A DNA stretch of 24,000 bases from Mariniflexile sp. HNIBRBA6329 (GTDB lineage Bacteria > Bacteroidota > Bacteroidia > Flavobacteriales > Flavobacteriaceae), in the NCBI RefSeq assembly GCF_043558645.1, contig NZ_JBIFXS010000001.1, positions 450,763-474,762 on the forward strand, given 5' to 3'. Below are positions 11,115 to 19,425 of this stretch, in pieces. Made by a program: the position numbers and the translations under genes. The first letter of the stretch is position 1. Each line of letters starts with the position of its first letter. The notes beneath the pieces are model-generated. The model ran no database searches. It was not told the DNA's origin and saw nothing but the letters and a program-made list of their open reading frames with translations.

Positions 11115-12732
11115 AAAAAGAATTATAATTCCCGTTTTAGCGGGTGTTTTGTTTTTATCTACCACGGCTTTTAGAAACGATTTTTTTGAAATAGCGAAAC
11201 AAATAGAAATATTCACCACGCTTTTTAAAGAACTCAACATGAATTATGTAGATGATACCAATCCGGGCGACCTAATGGATACCGCCATAAAAAGCATGTT
11301 GGAAAACCTAGATCCCTACACCAATTTTATGAACGAACAGGATGTAGAGGCTGCCAGAATTAACAATACGGGCGATTATACGGGTATTGGTGCCAAAGTA
11401 AAGACCCTAAAAGATAAATTGGTAATTGTAGAGCCTTATAAAAACTATCCAGCAGATAAGGCTGGTTTAAAAGCGGGCGACGAAATTATAAAAGTTGGGA
11501 ACACCCTAATTGAAACCTACAAAGAAGATGCAGGCGAATTGCTAAAAGGCGCAACGGACACACCAGTAGAAGTAACCTATAAGCGCCAAGGAAAAACCCA
11601 AACCGCTACCATAAAACGTGCTGAAGTAGAGATAAAAGCAGTTCCGCACTTCTCTATGGTAAATAACAAAACCGGATATATTGTTTTAAGCCGCTTTAAT
11701 GATAAAGCCTCGGCCGAAACCAATTACGCTTTACGTGATTTAAAAGCCCAAGGAGCCGAACGTATTATTTTAGATTTACGTGGCAACCCTGGTGGTTTAC
11801 TTAACGAAGCCATAAATATTGTAAATCTGTTTATTCCAAAAGGGCAGTTGGTGGTTACCACAAAATCTAAGGTAAAAAAATACAATAAAACCTATTACAC
11901 CCAAAACGATGCCATTGATACCCAAATACCTTTGGTTATTTTAATTGATGGTAGTAGTGCATCAGCAAGCGAAATTGTTTCAGGTGCGTTACAAGATTTA
12001 GACCGCGCCGTTATTGTTGGCTCTAGAAGTTTTGGTAAAGGTTTGGTACAGCGCCCTAAAGAACTGGTTTATGGTACTCAGGTAAAAATTACCATTTCGC
12101 GTTATTACACGCCTTCTGGTAGATGTATACAGGCGTTGGATTATTGGCACAGAAATGAAAAAGGGGAGGCTGTAAGGGTAAAACAGGAAAATTATAACGA
12201 GTTTAAAACCAAAAACGGAAGAAAAGTATTTGATGGTGGTGGCGTATTTCCTGATGTGAGTTTTAATGGTACAAAAAATTCTTCCATCATAGACGCCATT
12301 GTTAATAACGATTTAATTTTCAATTACGCTACCAATTACTATTATAGTCACGATGTGAAAGACATTAACACTTTACAGCTTAACGATACCGATTTTTCAA
12401 ATTTTAAAAACTTTTTAAAGACCAATAATTTTTCTTTTGAAACGGAAACCGAAAAAGCCTTGAATAAAGCTTTTGAAGCCGCTAAAAATGATGATTTGGA
12501 TGATAACATCAAAACAGATTTCAATACGCTTATTAGCAACTTAAACAAGTCTAAAACCACTGTTATAGACGAAAATAAAACGTATTTATTAGAGTTGCTA
12601 ACTGAAGATATTGTAAAACGCTACGTATACCGAGAAGGTTTGTACGATTATTACAAAATACACGATAGTGAAATAAAAAAGGCAACCGAAATACTTGGAA
12701 ATCAATCGACATATTTAAGCTACTTAAAATAA
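11098..12732 (+). CDS. S41 family (C-terminal processing) peptidase with PDZ domain
   Basis: N-terminal signal/TM segment, PDZ-like region (GIGAKVKTLKDKLVIVEPYKNYPADKAGLKAGDEIIKV), and S41 core LDLRGNPGGLLNEAI...LIDGSSASASEIVSGALQD...VGSRSFGKGLVQ. The start is GTG at 11095 or ATG at 11098. Confidence 0.93.
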   Translation: MNKLLKKRIIIPVLAGVLFLSTTAFRNDFFEIAKQIEIFTTLFKELNMNYVDDTNPGDLMDTAIKSMLENLDPYTNFMNEQDVEAARINNTGDYTGIGAKVKTLKDKLVIVEPYKNYPADKAGLKAGDEIIKVGNTLIETYKEDAGELLKGATDTPVEVTYKRQGKTQTATIKRAEVEIKAVPHFSMVNNKTGYIVLSRFNDKASAETNYALRDLKAQGAERIILDLRGNPGGLLNEAINIVNLFIPKGQLVVTTKSKVKKYNKTYYTQNDAIDTQIPLVILIDGSSASASEIVSGALQDLDRAVIVGSRSFGKGLVQRPKELVYGTQVKITISRYYTPSGRCIQALDYWHRNEKGEAVRVKQENYNEFKTKNGRKVFDGGGVFPDVSFNGTKNSSIIDAIVNNDLIFNYATNYYYSHDVKDINTLQLNDTDFSNFKNFLKTNNFSFETETEKALNKAFEAAKNDDLDDNIKTDFNTLISNLNKSKTTVIDENKTYLLELLTEDIVKRYVYREGLYDYYKIHDSEIKKATEILGNQSTYLSYLK

Positions 12733-12843
12733 AAATTGTTGTTTTTCAACCTATTGGAATAACTGTTGAACCTAAAAAGTTCGCAGCATGAATCAAAATT
12801 CATTAAAAATAGTATATTTATATCCAGTTCAACTACCTACTTT

Positions 12844-13710
12844 ATGAATAAACGGTTGGTTTTTTTATTAATATGGCTTCATTGTACACTGGTTTTTTCT
12901 CAAAAAGAACTAACACACGAAGTTTATTTTGATACCGATAAATTCGATATTATTCCAACAGAAGAAAGCCGTTTACTCCTTTTCATTTCAAACTTATCGG
13001 ATATTGATATTGAATCCATTTCTATTTTTGGTTTTTGCGACGATATTGGTGCCGATTCCTATAATTTAAAACTTTCACAAAATCGTGCTAATGCCATTAA
13101 AACCGTTTTTTCAAATAATGAAATTAGCGAAGATTTAATAAGTAACGTAGATGGTAAAGGCAAAATTTTATTAAAAATAGTTGAAGAAAAAAATGTTATT
13201 AAAATAAGAGGTTTAAACCGAAAAGTTGAAATAATAGTAAAACCGAAACCTTCAAAAAAAATAGAAGCGAAAGAAGAAGTAACAAAAGAAAAAGTGGTTG
13301 AAGAACCAAAAAAGAAAACAACACCCGAGCTACTTAGCGGCGATCTTAAAGTTGGCGATAAAATAGTGTTTGAAAACATTTTATTTAAAACTGGTTATAG
13401 CCAAGTAATGCCCGAATCTAAAAAAATATTAGAGGAAATTGCAAAAGTTTTGGTAGAACGAAAGGATATTTATTTTACCATTCAGGGGCATGTATGTTGT
13501 ACCCAAAACACAAGAGATGCAATTGATAGAAAAACAAAACTTCGCAACCTTTCTGAAGCACGCGCAGAATATATTTACGATTACTTTGCTAAAAAAGGGG
13601 TTGATAAAAAACGCATGCGCCATTTAGGGATGCGTCGAAAATTTCCACTTGGAGGCGATCCAAAATTTGATAGACGTGTAGAAATATTAATTACACATGT
13701 AGGTAAATAA
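12844..13710 (+). CDS. OmpA-family outer membrane/cell-envelope protein with two OmpA-like regions
   Basis: MNKRLVFLLIWLHCTLVFSQ looks like a signal peptide. The N-terminal OmpA-like block is VYFDTDKFDIIPTEES...YNLKLSQNRANAIK; the C-terminal block is ILFKTGYSQVMPESKKILEEIAKVL...ISEARAEYIYDYFAKKGVD...RRVEILI. The ORF track start at 12766 adds a non-signal-like extension; ATG at 12844 fits better. Confidence 0.85.
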   Translation: MNKRLVFLLIWLHCTLVFSQKELTHEVYFDTDKFDIIPTEESRLLLFISNLSDIDIESISIFGFCDDIGADSYNLKLSQNRANAIKTVFSNNEISEDLISNVDGKGKILLKIVEEKNVIKIRGLNRKVEIIVKPKPSKKIEAKEEVTKEKVVEEPKKKTTPELLSGDLKVGDKIVFENILFKTGYSQVMPESKKILEEIAKVLVERKDIYFTIQGHVCCTQNTRDAIDRKTKLRNLSEARAEYIYDYFAKKGVDKKRMRHLGMRRKFPLGGDPKFDRRVEILITHVGK

Positions 13711-13736
13711 TATTTTTTAATAATAGCTTAATAAAA

Positions 13737-14180
13737 TCACTTTTTAATCATTGCAATATGCGGAATATCATCTTCTAAATATTCATCACCAACTTCAATA
13801 AAACCACAGTTGTTATAAAAAGATTTTAAATGCGCTTGCGCGGAAATTTTTATTTTTTTCTCTTTAAAATGTGTTTCAATCGCCTCAATTGAAACCTTCA
13901 TTATATCATACCCATATTTAAAAGCACGTTCTTTTTTTGCCACTACAACCCTACCTATACTGGCAAATTCAAAATAATCACCTGGCTTAAAAACGCGTGT
14001 ATAAGCAATTATCTTTTCGTTTTTAAAACCTATAATATGAAGCGCTTTTTCATCTTTTCCATCAATATCTTGATATACACAATCTTGCTCAACTACAAAA
14101 ACCTCACTTCTTAGTTGCAAAACTCTGTAAAGTTCTTGAAGGCTTAGTTCTGAAAAGGTTTTTACTTGAGTTTTCAACAT
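13737..14180 (-). CDS. GNAT family N-acetyltransferase (ElaA-like)
   Basis: ELYRVLQLRSEVFVVEQDCVYQDIDGKDEKALHIIG...FEFASIGRVVVAKKERAFKYGYDIMKVSIEAIE...FYNNCGFIEVGDEYLEDDIPHIAMIK. The pattern matches ElaA-type GNAT proteins. Confidence 0.88.
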   Translation of the reverse strand: MLKTQVKTFSELSLQELYRVLQLRSEVFVVEQDCVYQDIDGKDEKALHIIGFKNEKIIAYTRVFKPGDYFEFASIGRVVVAKKERAFKYGYDIMKVSIEAIETHFKEKKIKISAQAHLKSFYNNCGFIEVGDEYLEDDIPHIAMIKK

Positions 14181-14240
14181 TGTTTTAATGAATATATTAT
14201 TAAGAATATGTTTCTATCTACAATATAAACAAATTAACAG

Positions 14241-14260
14241 ATTCCTGCTTTCGCAAGAAT
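14241..14260 (-). repeat. Imperfect second copy of the same palindromic element, intergenic
   Basis: The minus strand reads ATTCTTGC-GAAA-GCAGGAAT, identical to the rnr copy except for one base. That base still allows a G:U pair in the minus-strand transcript. Confidence 0.75.
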
Positions 14261-14261
14261 C

Positions 14262-15179
14262 TTAATCTTGAACAATAATTTCTTTAGGATCGTTTTTATT
14301 GAATTCTGGTTGAATGGTTACATGGTTAATGTTGTACTTTTCATGTAAAACAGTTTCAATACTTCGCAATATCGTGTCAAATTCTGAAATAGAAACATCT
14401 TCTTTTAAATCTAAATGGGCTTCTAAATGCAATTCATAATCACTTAAATTCCAAATATGTACATGATGTAACTTTTTGACTTTTGGCAACGCATCAATAG
14501 TTTCAACCAAAGCTTGTATGTTTATGTTTTCTGGCGTGAATAACATAAGCATTTTAGTAGATGTTTTTAGTAAAAAATAACCCACCCAAATTAAATACAA
14601 CGCAATTAAAAAAGTAAGCACACTATCTACCCAAAACATTTGATAGTATTTCATCAACAAGCCACCAATAAGTACCGCAACACTTGCTAACATATCGGTT
14701 AATAAATGTACGTAGGCAGATTTTACATTAATGTTATGTTCAGAATCCTTTTTTAACAACAATACGCTCAAACCATTAAAAATAATAGCTAAAAGTGCTA
14801 ACCAAATAACTAAATTGGATTCTATTTCTTGTGGATTTTTAAAACGCTCTATAGCTTCTTTAATTAAAATTATTGCAACTATTATTAAAGTAGAAGCATT
14901 AACAAAAGCCGCTAAAATTTCAGCACGCTTATAGCCAAAGGTTTTATTTTCAGAAGCTTGCTTTTTGGAAATTTTAGAAGCTACATAACTTACTATTAAA
15001 GAAAGGACATCGCTAAAATTATGTAAGGCATCACTAAGTAATGATAAACTTCCAGAAATTAAACCACCTACTACTTGAGCTGCGGTAATAAATATGTTTA
15101 AAAGAATAGAAACCATAAGATTTTTATTCTTCTTATCATAATGATGTATATGATTATGGAAATGATGGTTATGCGCCAT
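14262..15179 (-). CDS. Cation diffusion facilitator (CDF) family transporter
   Basis: His-rich N-terminus (MAHNHHFHNHIHHYD), SGSLSLLSDALHNFSDVLSLI, HLLTDMLASVAVLIGG, and a C-terminal cytoplasmic domain (VHIWNLSDYELHLEAHL). The start codon abuts the rpiB stop codon. Confidence 0.93.
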   Translation of the reverse strand: MAHNHHFHNHIHHYDKKNKNLMVSILLNIFITAAQVVGGLISGSLSLLSDALHNFSDVLSLIVSYVASKISKKQASENKTFGYKRAEILAAFVNASTLIIVAIILIKEAIERFKNPQEIESNLVIWLALLAIIFNGLSVLLLKKDSEHNINVKSAYVHLLTDMLASVAVLIGGLLMKYYQMFWVDSVLTFLIALYLIWVGYFLLKTSTKMLMLFTPENINIQALVETIDALPKVKKLHHVHIWNLSDYELHLEAHLDLKEDVSISEFDTILRSIETVLHEKYNINHVTIQPEFNKNDPKEIIVQD

Positions 15180-15614
15180 TTAGCAAGAAACCGGAATTTT
15201 ATCTATACGCGTTTGATGCCTTCCACCTTCAAAATCTGTACTTAAAAAAACTTCAACCATTTCAATGGCTTGTTGTACTGCAGTAAATCGGGCTGGAATA
15301 CATAAAATATTAGCATTATTATGGCTACGGATAAGGTTTACAATTTCTTTATTCCAAGCTAAACCTGCTCTAATTTTTTGGTGCTTATTTGCAGTCATAG
15401 CGACACCATTGGCACTACCACAAATTAAAATACCAAAGTCTACTTTTTTATTAGCAACTTCTTCAGCAACGGGGTGTACAAAATCAGCATAATCAACACT
15501 ATCCATACTATCAGTGCCATAGTTATTAACAGTATAACCTTTTGATTCTAAGTACTTTAAAATAGCAAATTTATAATCAGTGCCCGCGTGGTCGTTTCCT
15601 ATAGAAATTTTCAT
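15180..15614 (-). CDS. rpiB: Ribose 5-phosphate isomerase B
   Basis: MKISIGNDHAGTDYKFAILKYLESKGYTVNNYGTDS...DFGILICGSANGVAMTANKHQKIRAGLAWN...RSHNNANILCIPAR. These are RpiB/LacA-B signatures. Confidence 0.93.
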   Translation of the reverse strand: MKISIGNDHAGTDYKFAILKYLESKGYTVNNYGTDSMDSVDYADFVHPVAEEVANKKVDFGILICGSANGVAMTANKHQKIRAGLAWNKEIVNLIRSHNNANILCIPARFTAVQQAIEMVEVFLSTDFEGGRHQTRIDKIPVSC

Positions 15615-15640
15615 TTTATATATATTAATGTATACTTATA

Positions 15641-15648
15641 CAAAGGTA
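15641..15648 (-). promoter_or_regulatory. Candidate Bacteroidetes -7 promoter element for rpiB-CDF
   Basis: The minus strand reads TACCTTTG, matching the Bacteroidetes TAnnTTTG consensus, about 27 nt upstream of the rpiB ATG. No well-spaced -33 TTG was found. Confidence 0.4.
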
Positions 15649-16239
15649 GCAATTATAAACAATGTGTATTAGTATATTCATTACTTGTTAATAAGTGTTA
15701 ATACTTTTTTAAAAGAAAAATATTGATATTCCATTTATTTTTCCAATCAAAAACTGAAAGATGATAACCAAAAATTTAACTCACTTTTTTTAGCTAAGTT
15801 TTAAGCTTTCAAAAGGACATATATAAACATCAATTTTAAAATATTTTTCAAAAATTAACAGTGTTTTTTAGTTGTTAACAACTGTTCATATAAAATTTAA
15901 ATGAGTTAAAAATGAACCTTTTAAATTAATATAACATGTTAATTAAGTTTTAATAGAATGTAAATTAATTGTAATCAAAATTAAATTTAAAAAAGTTATA
16001 CCGTTATTAACAAGCAATCATAATCATCATTTAATTTTTTAAATTTTAAAAAGAAAATAATAGTATTATATATAATGTGGATAAGTACATTTTAACATAT
16101 GATAACATTAAAAAAATACGATTTAATATATTAATTGTAGCTTTGTATAAAATAAATAGCAAACCTTCTCCTAAAATAACGCTATTTAATAACAGAATTT
16201 CCAGTATCTTAGGAAACGACTATGAATTACAAATATTAA

Positions 16240-18483
16240 ATGACAAGAAAGAAAAAAGGGAAATCCAAAAAAGGTATTTCCAACCTTACAAATACTATTT
16301 TAAGTATTTTAAAAAAAGATAGAAACCAAAGTTTTAACTACAAACAAATTGCTGCTAAATTAGATGTGAACGATGCCAGTAGCAGAAATCAAATTATAAA
16401 AAAATTAGCGGAACTTGCTGTAAAAAAGGAAATTGAAGAAGTAGAACGCGGCAAGTTTAAAGCAGTAATTACTACCGAATACCATATTGGAATTTTAGAT
16501 TTATCTGGAAAAGGAACCGGTTATATTATTAGTGAAGATTTTGATGATGATGTATTTATAGCATCAAACAATATAAATAAGGCCTTAAATGGTGATGAAG
16601 TAGAGTTTTACGTTTATAAACGTCGCCATCGTGGTAAGTTAGAAGGCGAAATTACCCAAGTTTTAAAACGTGAAAAAAGCGAATACGTTGGTACCATTCA
16701 AATTCATGAGAAAAAGAATTTTGCCTTTGTAGTAGCCGATAGCAATAAAATGTACAAAGATATTTTTGTACCTATCAATAAAATAAATAAGTCTGAAGAT
16801 GGTGATAAAGTATTGGTAAAACTTGAAGATTGGCCAGAAAAAGCCGATTCTCCTTATGGAAAAGTGATTCAAGTTCTTGGAAAACCAGGAGATCATAATA
16901 CCGAAATCCATTCTATTTTAGCTGAATATGGATTGCCTCACGAATTTCCTCATGAAGTTGAAGAATTTGCTAATAAAATAGATACTTCAATTACTAAAGA
17001 TGAAATTGCTAAACGTCGTGATATGCGTCAAGATTTAACCTTTACCATCGACCCAAAAGATGCAAAGGATTTTGACGATGCACTTTCTTTTAAAATATTA
17101 AAAAAAGGTTTGTATGAAATTGGTATTCATATTGCCGATGTATCGCATTATCTACAAGAAGGTACTGTGTTGGATGATGAAGCTTACGAGCGTGCTACAT
17201 CCATTTATTTGGTAGATAGGGTAGTACCTATGCTTCCAGAGGTATTATCGAATAACGCTTGTTCTTTACGTCCGCATGAAGAGAAATTAACCTTTTCCGC
17301 AGTGTTTCAAATGAATGATAAATGTGAGATTAAGAATGAATGGTATGGCAGAACGGTAACGTATAGTGATGCGCGTTTTGCTTATGAAGAAGCACAGGCC
17401 ATTATCGAAAATAATGTTGGTCTTGTCATTCCTGCGAAAGCAGGAATCCATAATTTAAACGAAATTAACATTGAAATTCCTCAAGAAGTTTCTCTAACCG
17501 GAAAATCATATAATACCCAACCGGAAATAGCCCAAGCCATTATAAAAATGGATGAGCTAGCAAAAAAAATGCGTGCAAAACGAATGATTTCTGGCGCTAT
17601 TTCGTTTGATAAAGTTGAAGTAAAGTTCGATTTAGACGAAAATGCAAACCCTGTAGGCGTGTTTTTTAAAACTAGTAAAGATGCCAATAAACTTATTGAA
17701 GAATTTATGTTATTGGCAAACCGAAAAGTATCGGAATTTGTTGGTAAAAAAGACCCTAAAAAGACCTTTGTTTACAGAATTCACGATGAACCAGACGATA
17801 GTAAACTTGCTAATTTACAAGGGATTGTTGCAAAATTTGGTTATAAATTAAATTTTAAAGACCGTAAAACAACATCGGCTTCGCTTAATTTTTTACTAAA
17901 GGAAGTAAATGGTAAAAAGGAACAAAATTTAGTAGATACTTTAGCAATTCGAAGTATGAGTAAAGCGGAATATTCTACCCATAACATAGGTCATTATGGA
18001 TTAGCGTTCGATTATTACAGTCATTTTACATCGCCTATTCGTCGTTATCCCGATGTGATGGCACATCGCTTGTTGCAGCATTATATAGATGGTGGAAAAT
18101 CAGCTAATGAAGATATTTACGAAGAAAAGTGCAACCATTCCAGTAACATGGAAAATTTGGCCACCAAAGCAGAACGTGATTCTATAAAATATATGCAGAT
18201 TAAATTCATGCAAGATCATAAAGATGAAGATTTTGTAGGTGTTATTTCAGGGGTTACCGATTGGGGCATTTATGTTGAAATTATTTCGAATAAGTGTGAA
18301 GGTATGGTTAGCGTTCGCGATATGAAAGACGATCATTACGCATTCGATCAAGAACAGTATGCTATGGTAGGTAGAAATAATAAAATTATGTACCAATTGG
18401 GAGATGAGGTTATTGTAAAAGTTAAAAACACCGATTTAGTTAAAAAGCATCTGGATTTCAACTTAATAGGAAAAAACGAATAA
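16240..18483 (+). CDS. rnr: Ribonuclease R (RNB/VacB exoribonuclease)
   Basis: RRDMRQDLTFTIDPKDAKDFDDALSFK, IGIHIADVSHYLQEGTVLDDEAYERATSIYLVDRVVPMLPEVLSNNACSL, YSHFTSPIRRYPDVMAHRLL, and a C-terminal S1 domain (EDFVGVISGVTDWGIYVEI). Confidence 0.97.
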   Translation: MTRKKKGKSKKGISNLTNTILSILKKDRNQSFNYKQIAAKLDVNDASSRNQIIKKLAELAVKKEIEEVERGKFKAVITTEYHIGILDLSGKGTGYIISEDFDDDVFIASNNINKALNGDEVEFYVYKRRHRGKLEGEITQVLKREKSEYVGTIQIHEKKNFAFVVADSNKMYKDIFVPINKINKSEDGDKVLVKLEDWPEKADSPYGKVIQVLGKPGDHNTEIHSILAEYGLPHEFPHEVEEFANKIDTSITKDEIAKRRDMRQDLTFTIDPKDAKDFDDALSFKILKKGLYEIGIHIADVSHYLQEGTVLDDEAYERATSIYLVDRVVPMLPEVLSNNACSLRPHEEKLTFSAVFQMNDKCEIKNEWYGRTVTYSDARFAYEEAQAIIENNVGLVIPAKAGIHNLNEINIEIPQEVSLTGKSYNTQPEIAQAIIKMDELAKKMRAKRMISGAISFDKVEVKFDLDENANPVGVFFKTSKDANKLIEEFMLLANRKVSEFVGKKDPKKTFVYRIHDEPDDSKLANLQGIVAKFGYKLNFKDRKTTSASLNFLLKEVNGKKEQNLVDTLAIRSMSKAEYSTHNIGHYGLAFDYYSHFTSPIRRYPDVMAHRLLQHYIDGGKSANEDIYEEKCNHSSNMENLATKAERDSIKYMQIKFMQDHKDEDFVGVISGVTDWGIYVEIISNKCEGMVSVRDMKDDHYAFDQEQYAMVGRNNKIMYQLGDEVIVKVKNTDLVKKHLDFNLIGKNE
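17428..17447 (+). repeat. Short palindromic element (ATTCCTGC-GAAA-GCAGGAAT) inside rnr
   Basis: Perfect 8-bp inverted repeat, 17428-17435 / 17440-17447, with a GAAA loop. The surrounding sequence encodes LVIPAKAGIHN in frame. Confidence 0.85.
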
Positions 18484-18486
18484 TTT

Positions 18487-18517
18487 AACCTGCAAGGTTT
18501 CTAAAACCTTGTAGGTT
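18487..18517 (+). terminator. Long hairpin directly downstream of rnr; possible transcript end or processing structure
   Basis: AACCTGCAAGGTTT (18487-18500) / AAACCTTGTAGGTT (18504-18517): 14-bp stem with one G:U pair and a CTA loop. There is no strong T tract, so the terminator role is uncertain. Confidence 0.5.
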
Positions 18518-18605
18518 TAAATAGAAAAATGTTTACTAATTAAAAGTTAACAACGGAATAATTATTGATTATTTCCGTTCATATAAAAAATCATTTAAAA
18601 ATAAT

Positions 18606-19280
18606 ATGAAACGTTTAATCTTATTAATTACTATTTTAATATCTGGAGCATCTATTGCCCAAAAGTCAATTGAAAAAAATATTGGAGACTTTAAAGAACT
18701 CAAAGTTTATGATTTAATAGAAGTTGAATTGGTAAAATCCAACGAAAACAAAGCCATTATTACAGGAAACAACATACAAGATGTGGTAATAAACAATAAA
18801 AATGGTACCCTTAAAATAAAGATGAATATTGGAAAAATATTTGATGGCAACAATACCAAAGTTATGTTACATTATACGTCTTTAGATATTATTGATGTTA
18901 ATGAAGGTTCTATTGTATCCGGAAAAGATAGTATTAAGCAATTTGAAATAGATTTAAGAGCACAAGAAGGTGGTAGTATAGAAATTCCTTTAGAGGTTAG
19001 TTATGCTATTGTAAAAGCTGTGACAGGTGGAAAAATAAAAACATCTGGTCATTCAAAATCTCAAAAAGTATCACTTTTAACAGGAGGAATATATGATGGA
19101 GAAATGCTTGAAACCGATAAAACAGAAGTATCTATAAATGCAGCTGGTGAAGCGCGAGTAAAAGCATCAAAACAAGTAGATGCAAAAGTACGAGCAGGAG
19201 GTGATATTTATATTTATGGTAAACCAGAAATTATAAATGAAACTACGGTTTTGGGTGGTAGAGTGAAAAAAATGGAATAA
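18606..19280 (+). CDS. Head GIN domain-containing (DUF2807-like) secreted protein
   Basis: Signal peptide (LILLITILISGASIAQ). Repetitive beta-type region: FKELKVYDLIEVELVKSNENKAIITG...VSLLTGGIYDGEMLETDKTEVSINAAGEARVKASKQVDAKVRAGGDIYIYGKPE. This is typical of DUF2807 proteins. Confidence 0.85.
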   Translation: MKRLILLITILISGASIAQKSIEKNIGDFKELKVYDLIEVELVKSNENKAIITGNNIQDVVINNKNGTLKIKMNIGKIFDGNNTKVMLHYTSLDIIDVNEGSIVSGKDSIKQFEIDLRAQEGGSIEIPLEVSYAIVKAVTGGKIKTSGHSKSQKVSLLTGGIYDGEMLETDKTEVSINAAGEARVKASKQVDAKVRAGGDIYIYGKPEIINETTVLGGRVKKME

Positions 19281-19301
19281 TTATTATTATAGCATGTTTT
19301 T

Positions 19302-19331
19302 AAAAAGCAATACTTAGGTGTTGCTTTTTTT
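19302..19331 (+). terminator. Rho-independent terminator after the DUF2807-like gene
   Basis: AAAAAGCAATAC...GTGTTGCTTTTTTT: perfect 9-bp core AAAAAGCAA/TTGCTTTTT, extendable with a U:G pair, followed by a T run. Confidence 0.85.
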
Positions 19332-19425
19332 GTTTTTGAAAGTATCTATACGATTACCTATACAAAAACAATTTTCTCTTTAAATTTTAGTACTTTAGTA
19401 TTACTATAAATATTTACTTGATTTA

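Noticed and set aside
12348-12560. Minus-strand ORFs within the S41 peptidase and OmpA genes (12348-12560, 13059-13379, 13429-13623)
   Set aside because: Antisense shadow ORFs; for example the Ser/Phe-rich translations arise from Lys/Glu-rich sense sequence.
14731-14934. Plus-strand ORFs opposite the CDF gene and rpiB (14731-14934, 15265-15492)
   Set aside because: Opposite well-supported minus-strand genes, with no independent support.
16077-16322. 81-aa plus-strand ORF ahead of rnr
   Set aside because: It starts with GTG in AT-rich leader sequence, overlaps the rnr start in another frame, and shows no recognisable motif. Most likely a chance ORF.
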